The notes under the pieces are model-generated. The model ran no database searches, had not been told where the DNA came from, and was given only the letters and a program-made list of their open reading frames with translations. Both the position numbers and the translations under genes were made by a program. A stretch of 32,000 nucleotides of DNA, from positions 1 to 32,000 of the IMG/VR virus record IMGVR_UViG_3300045988_146546; one strand, given 5' to 3'. The stretch is from a virus. This document shows positions 4,612-15,275 of this stretch, piece by piece (the first letter of the stretch is position 1; every line of letters starts with the position of its first letter).

Positions 4612-7470
4612 CTATTTAGCATCATTTCTATAAGTGTTTAAATTTCCATCGTAACTGGTATAGTTCATACGTTTGCCACTTCCATCCTCAGCAAAAGGAC
4701 TTTGCCACCAGTCAATTTCAACTCTGCCACGATAACAACCACGCAATATTTCTTTAAATGGTAGTGTTCCTTCTACGGTTTTATCGCCAACGATTTCATT
4801 TGTTGGAATGTTCCATGTAGTTTCCGTTGAAGTTCCAATCATAATAAGCGTTGAGCTTTGTAGTCTATTAGCATAATCAGCCACAAAATCTTGAGGTTCT
4901 GTAATTCCATTCTTCGAAAGCAAGCCTAAACGATAGCACGCTTCGATTGAGCAACCCATGAAAATATTAGGATGTTCAAATCTACCTACTGTTTTTCTAT
5001 CGCCAAGCACAATAGCGTTATAATCATGGTGTAATTTTACGTCTTCAAAAATAAAGTGTTCACCATTACATGCTAAGCCTTTTCCGCAATACCATATATT
5101 AGAATGCTTAACATAATTTTGGATACCATAGTTTGAGCCACGTCCAACACGAATACCACAACATTCTGCATTTGGTGTATTTTCAAAAGCATCATATTTA
5201 AGCAAGTTTGCTTTCCATGAACGAATATTCACACTATCAATCATAGTCGATAAGCATCTGGTTGTATCAATGTAAGTGATAGGTTTGTCATATTTGAAGC
5301 CAATAATATTAAAGTTTTCAAAATTAACCGAGCATGCAATACGCCCAACCTCTTTAGTTTTATCGTATCCAGCACCTAGAATAATGTTATTTGTAGAATC
5401 ATCAAAAGAATTATGCAATTCTTCGCTTACAACTAATTTAACGCCTTCAAAATCTTGAGGACTAGTTTTATGTTTTCCACACATTGTGATATATCTTCGT
5501 CTACTTGAGCCATCATATCCTAATAAATTTTCATTTAAAGATAAACTGACTTTTGCATTATTGCTTGTTTTCCATGCTTTATTAATGTTATAAGTTCCGT
5601 CCATTAATTTAATATTAATAGAATTAAAACTTCCAACTAAAGCACTTAATACATCTGTATCATTTGTACCATCACACACGATATCACTAATCTGCTTGTA
5701 GGAATCTTTTGAATCTGATGCACTTACAACAATATCATCGTTGTCATGTGGTTTATCAATATACCAAATTTTAATACCAGATAAATCCGAAGCACTACTA
5801 ATAGGTTTAGTTTCATCTTTAGATTTAAAGTGTATATATAAACCATGATCTCCGTAGATAGCAAATGGAGTTTCTGTATCAATTCCACCTTCTCCAACAT
5901 AATAATGACAAATCATTGTGTCTGGAAATGAAATTAAGAATAATCCATTACCACCTAGTGTTTGAGGCGCTACTCTATTAGAATAACTTTGTGCTAACTG
6001 TCCTTGTGGATAATATGAACCATTCACGAAATTAAGCTTAACTTGATTGTCTTTATATTGCTTTTCTTTTTCAACTTTTAAATTTAAAACTCCAACTGAT
6101 TTATGGACACGAATAAATTTATAATCCTTATCTGCAATTAAAGTATAGCTTTTGTTAATTTGTGGTATATCATTCCATAATACTAAATTAGTTGTTTCTG
6201 AATTAGAATAAATATCTGTGTTAAATAGAGTAACTGTTGTATTTGCCAATCTATCGACATCAACTGTAACTGTTACAATTTCACCTTTTTTGACATCTAC
6301 AATATAATCAACATCTTCTGCATATTGTTTAACATAGTCATTTAATATCACTGGTTCAACAACAGATTGTAAATCATATAATGATGTATCATAAGTAAAT
6401 ACATTAAATGTTAAACTATCACTAGTGTTATTTCTATAAACGTTCATCTTTGTTGCATCTTTTTTAAGATAGAAAATCTTTTTTTCTGTAGATGATGATA
6501 AATTTAAAATCGTTTCGATACGTATATCACTAGAATCATAGAAAGAAATTGAATATTGACCTCTTCCATTAAATACTGTATCTAATAAATACATTGTATT
6601 TGCTTTTAAATTAACAGCGAAAGAATTAATTTCAGCATTTAATAACGTCTCAACTTGTGCAATACTAACTAATCCACTGTTGGCATAGTCCACTAAAACC
6701 TCATTAAGTTGTTCAACTTGGCCACGCATCGCATCACCAGCCGAAGGATACTTAGTTCCATCTGCACCGATACGTGCATCAATCAATTCTGCATCTCCGG
6801 TTGTGCTGCCATCTTTTAAGCTAGTAAATTCACTCATTCTAGTTTGTAATGCAGCAATCTTTGTGTTCTGTTTAGTAGTGATATGACTTGTAGATGCTTC
6901 AATCTTTTCAATTTTGCTATCTTGAGCTGCCACTTTTTCATCCAATGTATTAATGAAATCTGTTGAATTCTTTAATTCATCCGCACATTCCTTTGCTGTA
7001 GTAGCACTTATTGTTGCTTCCGATGAAGCTTGAGTCAACTTTTCCATTAAAGTTGCATAGTTATAGTTGTTAATTAAATCTTGTGTTTGGTCAATCAAAT
7101 CATCCAACAAATCATAAGAAGATTGAATGTTTGGGTCTACCGGATATTTCCCACTATCTTTATATCCTTTTGATTCTTTAATATACATCGCAAATACATT
7201 TGATAGCTTGATAATGCTATTATCGTTCAACTTGCTAATAAGTTGAGCAGATGCTATACCACTATGAGCTGTTAAAGGATATCCAATAATAAATCTATCA
7301 TTTGTTAATGGAACGCAATTTTCAATTCCATCAATCGTGTAGTAAATATACTTCTTATTTGTTCCTACATTCTTCATATTAATGAAATGGATACAAAGAG
7401 CGTTATGATCTCCTTGTTGACCAATTTCAAACGATTTTTTCTTTTTTAAATCTATAGTTAATGTTTCCAT
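4612..7470 (-). CDS. Receptor-binding protein / tailspike (952 aa): BppU-type N-terminus, coiled coil, C-terminal right-handed beta-helix (depolymerase-like)
   Basis: Size and position after the baseplate genes. The N-terminus (LTIDLKKKKSFEIGQQGDHNA) resembles that of the 8516..9124 product. The C-terminal third has repeated short beta-rung motifs (NFNIIGF, VNIRSW, CGIRVGRGSNYGIQNY, CNGEHFIFEDV). Confidence 0.7.
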   Translation of the reverse strand: METLTIDLKKKKSFEIGQQGDHNALCIHFINMKNVGTNKKYIYYTIDGIENCVPLTNDRFIIGYPLTAHSGIASAQLISKLNDNSIIKLSNVFAMYIKESKGYKDSGKYPVDPNIQSSYDLLDDLIDQTQDLINNYNYATLMEKLTQASSEATISATTAKECADELKNSTDFINTLDEKVAAQDSKIEKIEASTSHITTKQNTKIAALQTRMSEFTSLKDGSTTGDAELIDARIGADGTKYPSAGDAMRGQVEQLNEVLVDYANSGLVSIAQVETLLNAEINSFAVNLKANTMYLLDTVFNGRGQYSISFYDSSDIRIETILNLSSSTEKKIFYLKKDATKMNVYRNNTSDSLTFNVFTYDTSLYDLQSVVEPVILNDYVKQYAEDVDYIVDVKKGEIVTVTVDVDRLANTTVTLFNTDIYSNSETTNLVLWNDIPQINKSYTLIADKDYKFIRVHKSVGVLNLKVEKEKQYKDNQVKLNFVNGSYYPQGQLAQSYSNRVAPQTLGGNGLFLISFPDTMICHYYVGEGGIDTETPFAIYGDHGLYIHFKSKDETKPISSASDLSGIKIWYIDKPHDNDDIVVSASDSKDSYKQISDIVCDGTNDTDVLSALVGSFNSINIKLMDGTYNINKAWKTSNNAKVSLSLNENLLGYDGSSRRRYITMCGKHKTSPQDFEGVKLVVSEELHNSFDDSTNNIILGAGYDKTKEVGRIACSVNFENFNIIGFKYDKPITYIDTTRCLSTMIDSVNIRSWKANLLKYDAFENTPNAECCGIRVGRGSNYGIQNYVKHSNIWYCGKGLACNGEHFIFEDVKLHHDYNAIVLGDRKTVGRFEHPNIFMGCSIEACYRLGLLSKNGITEPQDFVADYANRLQSSTLIMIGTSTETTWNIPTNEIVGDKTVEGTLPFKEILRGCYRGRVEIDWWQSPFAEDGSGKRMNYTSYDGNLNTYRNDAK

Positions 7471-7478
7471 GTTATCAC

Positions 7479-8513
7479 CTACTTAAATGTTTTGGCCGGA
7501 AGCCAATTATTTCCATCAAAATAATACAATCTACAATACTTATATTTACCGTTTACAAGTATCATTGAATAACCACGATCCCACTCATAGCCATCAAACA
7601 CCCACACTTCCATATAAGTAAATGTCGTATTGAATTTAAATTTAAATGCCACACTATCTCTATCAAGTGTATCCGTTGCATATACTTCCATTTGATATTC
7701 CGTATTCTTCGGTAAGTTTTCGTATGTAATACTTAATCCATTTACTGTTCTGTAATCCCCACTAGAACCCCAAACCGTTTTAACAACGTGAGCATCATCT
7801 GTTGTCGATACATTTATCGTTACATTATCGACTTTGTCAGATACTTGATTAATTTGAAATGATACACTTTTAATCGATATTTCTTTATAGTTTTCTAACG
7901 TTTTAGCCGTCAACTTCTCTTGATCTAACTTGCTACCACTCAAATCTGCCATAAAAGGCTCAACATAATATTCATATTCAGTGTTTTGAGTCAATCCAGT
8001 AATCTTGCTAGAACCATCCAATTTATTGATGATGTATTTTTTGTTTGCTACATCATATACTCTTAACGCATATAGATTATATGGATTTGATTTAAACCTA
8101 CCATTCACAACAATAGAGTTGATATCTATATCGGATACAGAAGCTTCAAATGTCGGTTTTGCTATCTCTGGAGTTTTAAGTCTAGCCGTTCCTTCCAAAT
8201 TTGGCCATCCACTACATGAGCATGCCCATGTAAATTCTTTTTGTCTACTACAACCCATCGCTTCATTGATTTCGCCATTCAAACCAATCCACCCAGAATC
8301 ATTCGTCCACTTAGGATAACTCATATTTCCGGCCCAACTTAAGCCGCCCATTTTGATTGTATTGTAAGCATATATTGAGAAATTACCGGTAAACTTGACA
8401 CGTACATTCGCTTTGTATCTAAGATTTGGATATTGTCCTTCATATCGCTCATTATATACATCAAAATGAAGTGACATATATTCGTTATATTTTAAAACTG
8501 CAATCTCAGGCAT
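7479..8513 (-). CDS. Tail/baseplate-associated protein with two FN3-like repeats
   Basis: Two segments end in FN3-like signatures (ITGLTQNTEYEYYVEPF and YENLPKNTEYQMEVYATD). Lies between the BppU-like gene and the tailspike. Confidence 0.5.
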   Translation of the reverse strand: MPEIAVLKYNEYMSLHFDVYNERYEGQYPNLRYKANVRVKFTGNFSIYAYNTIKMGGLSWAGNMSYPKWTNDSGWIGLNGEINEAMGCSRQKEFTWACSCSGWPNLEGTARLKTPEIAKPTFEASVSDIDINSIVVNGRFKSNPYNLYALRVYDVANKKYIINKLDGSSKITGLTQNTEYEYYVEPFMADLSGSKLDQEKLTAKTLENYKEISIKSVSFQINQVSDKVDNVTINVSTTDDAHVVKTVWGSSGDYRTVNGLSITYENLPKNTEYQMEVYATDTLDRDSVAFKFKFNTTFTYMEVWVFDGYEWDRGYSMILVNGKYKYCRLYYFDGNNWLPAKTFK

Positions 8514-8515
8514 AT

Positions 8516-9124
8516 CTAACTCTCTACTTTAATATAAATATCTCCGGCCTTGTCAGTATTTAAAACTGTGGGATCTGCCGTTCCACTACGAACATTTACC
8601 GTCAATTTCAACTGCTCTTGAAAGCGACTAATATATTCATTCAGTTCTGAAATCTTAGCGTTGGCTGCATTAATTACTTCAATCGCATTTCTGAATTCTT
8701 GCGTAGATTCTATATCGACATGCGTTGCGATATTATCAACAACATTAATATAAATATTAAACGTCGTTACATAAGTACTTCCAGACATCAATGAAATTTG
8801 TGCCTTAACAATACCCGTTTCAGATAACATATTTGCAAATGCATCTGAACCATTAAATTTGACTTCATACGTATCTGTATTGTTGAATCTAATTACCTCA
8901 TTTGCGCTTAACGAAACCATTAATCCACTAGGTTTTTCCGCAAACAACATTGCTGATAAAGTATTATCAACGACTCCGGTTTCACTCGTTACGATATCAT
9001 CCGTAATAAAGATATCTAAACCTCTACCATTATCCGCTCTTGGCATGTCAATTACCTGTATATCTGTTTGCTTAGTTAATGATACCGTTACACTTGTGTA
9101 CACTTGTGCCATGTTATACCTCAC
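8516..9124 (-). CDS. Baseplate upper protein (BppU)-like
   Basis: N-terminus VTVSLTKQTDIQVIDMPRADNGRGLDIFITDD is like the BppU N-terminal Ig-like domain, followed by a coiled coil. The track start is GTG. The ATG at 9112 is preceded by GAGG plus 6 nt and is more likely. Confidence 0.55.
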   Translation of the reverse strand: MRYNMAQVYTSVTVSLTKQTDIQVIDMPRADNGRGLDIFITDDIVTSETGVVDNTLSAMLFAEKPSGLMVSLSANEVIRFNNTDTYEVKFNGSDAFANMLSETGIVKAQISLMSGSTYVTTFNIYINVVDNIATHVDIESTQEFRNAIEVINAANAKISELNEYISRFQEQLKLTVNVRSGTADPTVLNTDKAGDIYIKVES

Positions 9125-10703
9125 TTTCTAATACAAGATCTAGATCTTCGGGAAGTTCTGTGATCAAGTTATATGTCAATTTGTTTAAATAAAATTTTTC
9201 CCTTTTACCAAACTCAGTTTCTACATAAATCGAATCATTTAACTTTAACATCTGTGCATCAGGCACATTAGATGAAAATAGTTCTTCAAATTTAATAGAA
9301 GTTTCTGTTTTTGGTTCTTGCAGTTCTTTCTCCAAAGATTTTTTTGCCTGTATTCTAAGATAGTTCCTAAAATTTGCTTCATTTGTAAATACGCCCAACG
9401 TTGTTTTCTTTGCTTGTGAATCATCCGCAATCAATTTAATATCGGAATATTCTTTCACATCAATTCTGTGAATTTCATTCGTATCCCAATTACTAGCCTT
9501 GATAATCTCGTGATTTGGTAAAATGCGTCCATTGTACGCTTTAGGTATAATTCCTGTAACTACATTTTCCATTGATTTTTTCTGAGTGTATTCAGACATT
9601 TCTTTATTACTTATAAAGAAATCATTTGGCTTTAAATTGGAAGCATAATAATCTGGATTCCCAAAGTAGCAATCATAATTGTTGAACATCGCAACAAATC
9701 CGTTATTTTCACATTCAGGCCATCTATTCATCATAGAATTTTCTTCTGTCCCAAACAAACATTGAATCAGATTATATCGAACCCAATATGCCGTTTGTGT
9801 AGAATCAACATCTTCAATTATCCATTTACATGTATTTCCAACTTCGGCAGTACCTCTATCAGAAACAACAACTTTGTTTCCGTTTCCAATGCTTGTTGAA
9901 CTAGAACAAATGCCATAATATATGTTTCCATACGGTGCGATTTCATAGTTAGAACCATTATTAATGAACCACCATTTTTCAAAATCATCTGATGGACTTT
10001 CAGATAGACTGCCTAACACAACCTTTCCTGAATCCAATTTAAGCCATCTACATGAACATAAAGATAAAATTCCATATATATCTCCATGTTTATCTGAACC
10101 TACTTTTTTCAACATGAAAGTCTGTGCAGACGTTCTGTTTTTTTGATACATCTGTAATTGTATAGATGCATCTTCACTTGCACTTGGAACATCCAAACAA
10201 TACCCACTATTTTGAACATTTCGGAAATAAACGATTTTTTCATCCTCTGCATTAACATTTTCATAATTTGCATATTCCCCATGACCATAAATTTTATAAG
10301 GATAATTGGGCCGTGAATTTGAAATAATATCATTTGCGGTATTCACTGCATCTTGCCACGTACCACTCATAGTACGATCATCAAACACAAATACTTCTTT
10401 TTGAGAATCGAAAAATACATGTGTTGCATAGCATGTATATGTATCTCTTTGTTTGTTGTATTTTGGATACGCAATTCTATATAACTGAGGTTCTTCAAAA
10501 TTTATATCTACTTTAAATACAGATTCATCACTGATTTCCATACCCATCAAATCACTTTTTGGGAATTCTATTTCTACACACCAAATAGAATTTCTTTCAA
10601 ATACTGCTTTTGCACTAACACAATGTTTTAAAATCACATCTCCATTCCGTTCTTTCATTTGTGCATATGTTGTTTTTTTTCTAGAAAAGAATAAATGAAT
10701 CAT
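9114..10703 (-). CDS. Tail-associated lysin-like / tail tip protein (Tal, phage minor structural protein N-terminal family) with an inserted ricin-type beta-trefoil
   Basis: Follows Dit. The central region has three sub-repeats ending AQTFML, FEKWWF and TCKWII (QxW-like), beginning with GYCLDV. Confidence 0.65.
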   Translation of the reverse strand: MIHLFFSRKKTTYAQMKERNGDVILKHCVSAKAVFERNSIWCVEIEFPKSDLMGMEISDESVFKVDINFEEPQLYRIAYPKYNKQRDTYTCYATHVFFDSQKEVFVFDDRTMSGTWQDAVNTANDIISNSRPNYPYKIYGHGEYANYENVNAEDEKIVYFRNVQNSGYCLDVPSASEDASIQLQMYQKNRTSAQTFMLKKVGSDKHGDIYGILSLCSCRWLKLDSGKVVLGSLSESPSDDFEKWWFINNGSNYEIAPYGNIYYGICSSSTSIGNGNKVVVSDRGTAEVGNTCKWIIEDVDSTQTAYWVRYNLIQCLFGTEENSMMNRWPECENNGFVAMFNNYDCYFGNPDYYASNLKPNDFFISNKEMSEYTQKKSMENVVTGIIPKAYNGRILPNHEIIKASNWDTNEIHRIDVKEYSDIKLIADDSQAKKTTLGVFTNEANFRNYLRIQAKKSLEKELQEPKTETSIKFEELFSSNVPDAQMLKLNDSIYVETEFGKREKFYLNKLTYNLITELPEDLDLVLESEV

Positions 10704-10705
10704 CT

Positions 10706-11503
10706 TTATTTCTCCCTATAATTACGTATAATTTCTGCACGAATAGCACCAATATCCGTTGTGATCAATACATTATTTGAACCATAATTAAATTTAAGTC
10801 CATCAAACGAACCACTTGTTTTCAATGTATCATATTTATACGTTCCATTTTTATAGTATGTTTTCATATAAGAATTCTCTGTATTGATTTCAACATATGA
10901 AATATCCGATGTACCATTGAAAGGATTTGTGATCGTAAAATCATTTCCATTACAATTGATCGTAATAGTTTTTGCGTTCATAGAAGTGTTATATAAACGA
11001 TAGATTGGATATGCTGTTTCATAATAATTCGCAAGTTCCACCTTTTTACCACTCACGATATCATATGGTCTTGAGTACTTATTTACGTATCTATAAGGTT
11101 CACAAATAAACGTGATTGTAAATTCACTTCCTCGTCCAAAGTCTCTTGAATCCATATCGAACGTTACATTTTTTACCTTCCAATAATGTTCTCTATCATC
11201 ACTAGTTAACTCCAATATTCCTTTATTTCCATTGAAATATTGTTGGATTTTATAGATACGATCTAGATATTCTTTCTTGCTATTTAAAACAAAGTTGCAT
11301 TTAACAGGAATTTTGCGATCTTGATATACACCTGTATGACGATACGATGTAGTACCGTCACCAAGTGTAGATGTTTCTACAATTTCCTCTGCCATAGGAA
11401 TAACCGGACGCTCACTTACCTTTAATAAATACATAATATTTTGCGTATAACGCAGTTTATTTTCAGGTGTAAATCTAAAATGATACATTCTATGAACCTC
11501 CAT
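10706..11503 (-). CDS. Distal tail protein (Dit)
   Basis: Immediately after the tape measure, about 260 aa, with Sipho_tail-like features. The likely start is the ATG at 11488 (MYHFRF), preceded by GGAGG plus 8 nt. Confidence 0.7.
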   Translation of the reverse strand: MEVHRMYHFRFTPENKLRYTQNIMYLLKVSERPVIPMAEEIVETSTLGDGTTSYRHTGVYQDRKIPVKCNFVLNSKKEYLDRIYKIQQYFNGNKGILELTSDDREHYWKVKNVTFDMDSRDFGRGSEFTITFICEPYRYVNKYSRPYDIVSGKKVELANYYETAYPIYRLYNTSMNAKTITINCNGNDFTITNPFNGTSDISYVEINTENSYMKTYYKNGTYKYDTLKTSGSFDGLKFNYGSNNVLITTDIGAIRAEIIRNYREK

Positions 11504-14500
11504 TTCCCCATGATTTCAACATATCTCGAATTGATATAATTTCTTGTACAGTATCTGTAACAACATTTCCATCCAATTGCATAGGTTGTAGATTGATTGT
11601 TAGATCACAATTTCCAATCGCATTAATCATTTGATCCAATCTATTTGTGATTGCACTCAAATTTATATTACCAACGCTTCCATAGCTTCGTGATGTAGTT
11701 CCACCCATAATAGCTGTTGTAGCATTCGCAACAGATGCATATGGACTGATATCTGAATATGTAGCAATCTTATCCGCATCCATTGGCATTATATCCGTGT
11801 CAACTACAGGTTTATCCGCATTAAACAAAGATTGTGGGAAATATTTTTTATTGTTATCACCTTCAACAACTCTTGTCTTTTTTTTAGTTGTATGTGTAAC
11901 CGTGATAGGATGACTGTCTGCATAACTTTGAGCTTTATCAATATTTGATTTAATATCTGAATAAGCTTTAGCGGAGCTTGTAACCATGTTATCTAAAGAC
12001 GGTTGCAATGCTTTTTCCATTTTTCCACCCATTTTTCCAACGGCCGATGATGTTGTACCATCATTTGCAAATGCATCAGCAATTCCTTTAATGCCGTCTT
12101 GGGAATCTTTCAACATCTTATCACCGGCATCTTTCATATTTTTGTCAGTCAACGACATCATTTCTGCTACCGCTTCACCCACTGTTTCTTGACCACTTGC
12201 AACTTTTTCGGCGATTGTTGGTGGAATCTTTTGTCCTTCCATTCCGGCAGCTTGAACCGCCTGTGCCAATGTAATCAAACTATTCATTGCGTTAGTAGCT
12301 TCTGAAATGCTTCCACAATTTGCCAGGATTCCATTTGCTACATTCAAAGGAATAGATCCACCAATCATACCAGCTTCGTCAACAAGTTGATTCATATTCA
12401 TTAAAGTAGCCATATAGTTAGCTGCTTCTACCGCATTTGCAGTTCCATTAGTTATTCCTTCTTGAATACCAAGTGGAATTTGAATACCTGATTGCGCTGC
12501 CTGTGCTGCAATATCAGTCAACTGTGCCTTCATAGTCGTTCCCATCTGTTCAAACGACTGTGTTTCTAAGTAGTTAGATTGAAGAATGGATTGTGTCTGC
12601 GTTTCGTGCAATTTCGTATAAGAATCCGCTAAATCCGTACATAATGTATTAATTGATTCCTTCAATGCACTTGATTGATTCATATAATCTTGCATTGACA
12701 TCTTACCGTTAGCATATTCTGCACTTAATTTTCTTAACGAGTCCGTTGTAGTATTTATACTTTCCGTAAGCTCTGCATTCTTTAATTCCGCTTTTAATTG
12801 AGCAGCGGCATTTTTCTTTGCGATACTTGCTAACGCTTCTTGTTTTGCTTCTTCTTGAATCTGAGTGATTCTTTCTTTGATTGCATCAATACTTTTATAG
12901 TGCGCATCCTCATTTAGATTTAACTTGCCAGTATTCGCATCAATCTCCACTCCCAAATCAGGATAAAGTTGATTTAACTCCCTAACCGCTTCTGCAAGCA
13001 TAGTCTTTTGTGTAGCATTTAAAGATTCTTTTGCGTTAAGATCTTCAATTGTTTTCATCAAATGACTTGCGGTTTTGTTGTTTTGCGTATACTGAGTTAC
13101 AATTTCACCCATGCTTGTCTTAACTTTAGACATTGACTTTGCATACTTCTCATAACCATCAACAACTTTTAATGTAACTGCATAATCTGTATCTTTATAT
13201 GCTAGCTCTTTATTTGCAGTTTCCATCGCTTCCTTGCGCGTTTTATCCGCCCAAACAACAGCACCTGCGAAAGCACCAAGTGCAACTGTAACAGCAGTGA
13301 TTGCTGGATGTGTTAGCACAAAACCTTTTGCCAAAGAAAGTACAGAAGTATTTGCTAATTTTCCTGCGCTTGCAGCATCTCCAAATCCATCCGCTACTTT
13401 TTCTAAGCTTGGATGGGCTTTAGTAAAGAACTTAACAGCGCTTTGCGTTGCACCAGCTACTTTACTTACACCTTTTGCGGTTGGATAAGCAGCTGCTGTC
13501 AACAATAACATCTTTGCGATTGTCTGTTGCGTTCCTTCATCTAAATTAGAGAATGCGTTAGCTGCCTTTTTTACTATCTTTAATAGATCTGTTAATGTAG
13601 GTGCAAATGCTTGACCTAATTCATCACCAGCTTGTTTAATTGCTTCCCATGTTTGAGATAACTGAGATTTCAATGTCGCATAACGCTTTTCTGCTTCGTT
13701 TGCCATTGCCGTATTGTCATTCCAGGCATTTTTAGAAACATTTAATGCACTAGCCAATACATCCGAACTTTGCGCCAAAGCACCCATTGCTTGTGCTTGT
13801 CGTACTTCCTTAATGCCTAATTCATCCAATGTTTTTGTAACATCCGCCGATTTTCCAATACCTTCTACAAACTTTAAGAATGTTCCCGCTGCATCTTCTC
13901 CCCAAGCCTTTTGGAATTGTTGAGAAGTCATGCCAGACACTTCTGCAAACTTCTGTAGTTTCTTATCTCCCGTAGAAACAGATAGATCAATTGTCTTCAA
14001 CATTTTAGAAACAGAATTGCCACCGGCAGCAGCTTCAATTCCTAATGAAGATAATGCGGTTGATAATCCTAATACTTGGTTAGAGTTAAAGCCTACCATC
14101 TTACCTGCAACACCTAATCGTGTTGCCATTGCCATGATATCTGCTTCAGTTGTTGAGAATTTATTTCCCAAGTCTACGATTGTAGAACCTAAACGAGAAT
14201 AATATGTGTTTGTCTTTTTAGACTGCGAAACCATTACATTTGAGAACTTGGCAATACTTTGTGCTGCTTCTTCACCAACAAGATTTGTAGTATCACCCAA
14301 TTCTGTAATAGTTTTAGTAAATCCAACAATAGAATCTGTAGGGATACCCATTTGTCCTGCGAGTTCTGCATAATGTGCAATATCTTGATAGGTACTCGAT
14401 GTAGTTTGTGCAAGATTTTTTAAGCCTGCATTGATTTTTTCAAACTGTTGAGGGGTTGCATTTACTGTTTTTGTAACACCAGTCCATGCATCCTCAAACT

Positions 14501-15263
14501 CAATAGCCGTCTTAGTAGCGGCTGCAATACCTGCAAAAGATAACATAGACAATGGTTTTACAGTGTTTGCAAACTGTTCTGATTTTGAGCTTACTTTTCC
14601 TAACGTATCATACAGTCTTAACAATGTTTCATTCGTTGAAATGAATGATTTTGACATACCTGCCAATTCATTTTTAAGTCCTAAAGCACCTGCTTTTAAA
14701 CCTAGATATGTGCGTTGAGAATCTTCGTATGTACTACCTAAATCAACCAATACCTTTTTTTGTTCAGCAATGCCTGAAGTACAATCATCCATTGCTTCTT
14801 TTAAAGTGACATTTCGTGAAGCTAACCTTTGAATAGCATTTTCACCTTGTTCTGCCGAACGCGTACCGTTCGCAATTGCTTCTTTCCATGCGTTGATCTG
14901 CTTGTTGTTGTTTGTATATTCTTTATTCAAAGAATTAAACGTATGAGTGTAATTATCAACAGACTTAGTAGCAGAAGAAACCGCATCGGCCCACTGTTTC
15001 TGTGTCTTTGGATAATTCATCAGTTTCTTGTTATAGACTTCCAATTGCTTAGTTGTGCTTTTGATTTTATCTTGTAACAAGTTCTGATATGTCGCAAAGG
15101 ACTGAAAATCTCCTTCGTTGAATTTCATAGAAGATTTCAGTTTTGACATTGTTTTATCTAATCCTGCTGTTTCGGATTTTATTTTATTAATTGCTTTTTG
15201 AAAGCCTGTAGTATCTCCATCAATTTTTACGGAGATACCTCTTACTTGACTGTAACCTGACAA
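11490..15263 (-). CDS. Tail tape measure protein (1257 aa)
   Basis: Largest ORF, Ala/Gly/Ser-rich and helical, with a TP901-type core (ATRLGVAGKMVGF ... LSSLGIEAAAGGNSVSKML). TTG start at 15263, 8 nt after AGGAGG. Confidence 0.9.
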   Translation of the reverse strand: MSGYSQVRGISVKIDGDTTGFQKAINKIKSETAGLDKTMSKLKSSMKFNEGDFQSFATYQNLLQDKIKSTTKQLEVYNKKLMNYPKTQKQWADAVSSATKSVDNYTHTFNSLNKEYTNNNKQINAWKEAIANGTRSAEQGENAIQRLASRNVTLKEAMDDCTSGIAEQKKVLVDLGSTYEDSQRTYLGLKAGALGLKNELAGMSKSFISTNETLLRLYDTLGKVSSKSEQFANTVKPLSMLSFAGIAAATKTAIEFEDAWTGVTKTVNATPQQFEKINAGLKNLAQTTSSTYQDIAHYAELAGQMGIPTDSIVGFTKTITELGDTTNLVGEEAAQSIAKFSNVMVSQSKKTNTYYSRLGSTIVDLGNKFSTTEADIMAMATRLGVAGKMVGFNSNQVLGLSTALSSLGIEAAAGGNSVSKMLKTIDLSVSTGDKKLQKFAEVSGMTSQQFQKAWGEDAAGTFLKFVEGIGKSADVTKTLDELGIKEVRQAQAMGALAQSSDVLASALNVSKNAWNDNTAMANEAEKRYATLKSQLSQTWEAIKQAGDELGQAFAPTLTDLLKIVKKAANAFSNLDEGTQQTIAKMLLLTAAAYPTAKGVSKVAGATQSAVKFFTKAHPSLEKVADGFGDAASAGKLANTSVLSLAKGFVLTHPAITAVTVALGAFAGAVVWADKTRKEAMETANKELAYKDTDYAVTLKVVDGYEKYAKSMSKVKTSMGEIVTQYTQNNKTASHLMKTIEDLNAKESLNATQKTMLAEAVRELNQLYPDLGVEIDANTGKLNLNEDAHYKSIDAIKERITQIQEEAKQEALASIAKKNAAAQLKAELKNAELTESINTTTDSLRKLSAEYANGKMSMQDYMNQSSALKESINTLCTDLADSYTKLHETQTQSILQSNYLETQSFEQMGTTMKAQLTDIAAQAAQSGIQIPLGIQEGITNGTANAVEAANYMATLMNMNQLVDEAGMIGGSIPLNVANGILANCGSISEATNAMNSLITLAQAVQAAGMEGQKIPPTIAEKVASGQETVGEAVAEMMSLTDKNMKDAGDKMLKDSQDGIKGIADAFANDGTTSSAVGKMGGKMEKALQPSLDNMVTSSAKAYSDIKSNIDKAQSYADSHPITVTHTTKKKTRVVEGDNNKKYFPQSLFNADKPVVDTDIMPMDADKIATYSDISPYASVANATTAIMGGTTSRSYGSVGNINLSAITNRLDQMINAIGNCDLTINLQPMQLDGNVVTDTVQEIISIRDMLKSWGNGGS

Positions 15264-15275
15264 TTTTAGTACCTC

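Noticed and set aside
9245-10333. Same-strand nested ORFs in alternative frames: 9245..9430, 10109..10333, 18204..18434 and 22490..22675.
   Set aside because: They are fully embedded in the Tal, capsid and TerL genes, have Met/Lys/Gln-rich nonsense-like sequences and no RBS. There is no evidence of overprinting.
11490-15263. Lytic (lysozyme, M23 or CHAP) domain embedded in the tape measure protein.
   Set aside because: Reading through the 1257 aa, I saw only helical Ala/Gly/Ser/Lys-rich sequence and the TP901-type core. No catalytic motif was recognisable.
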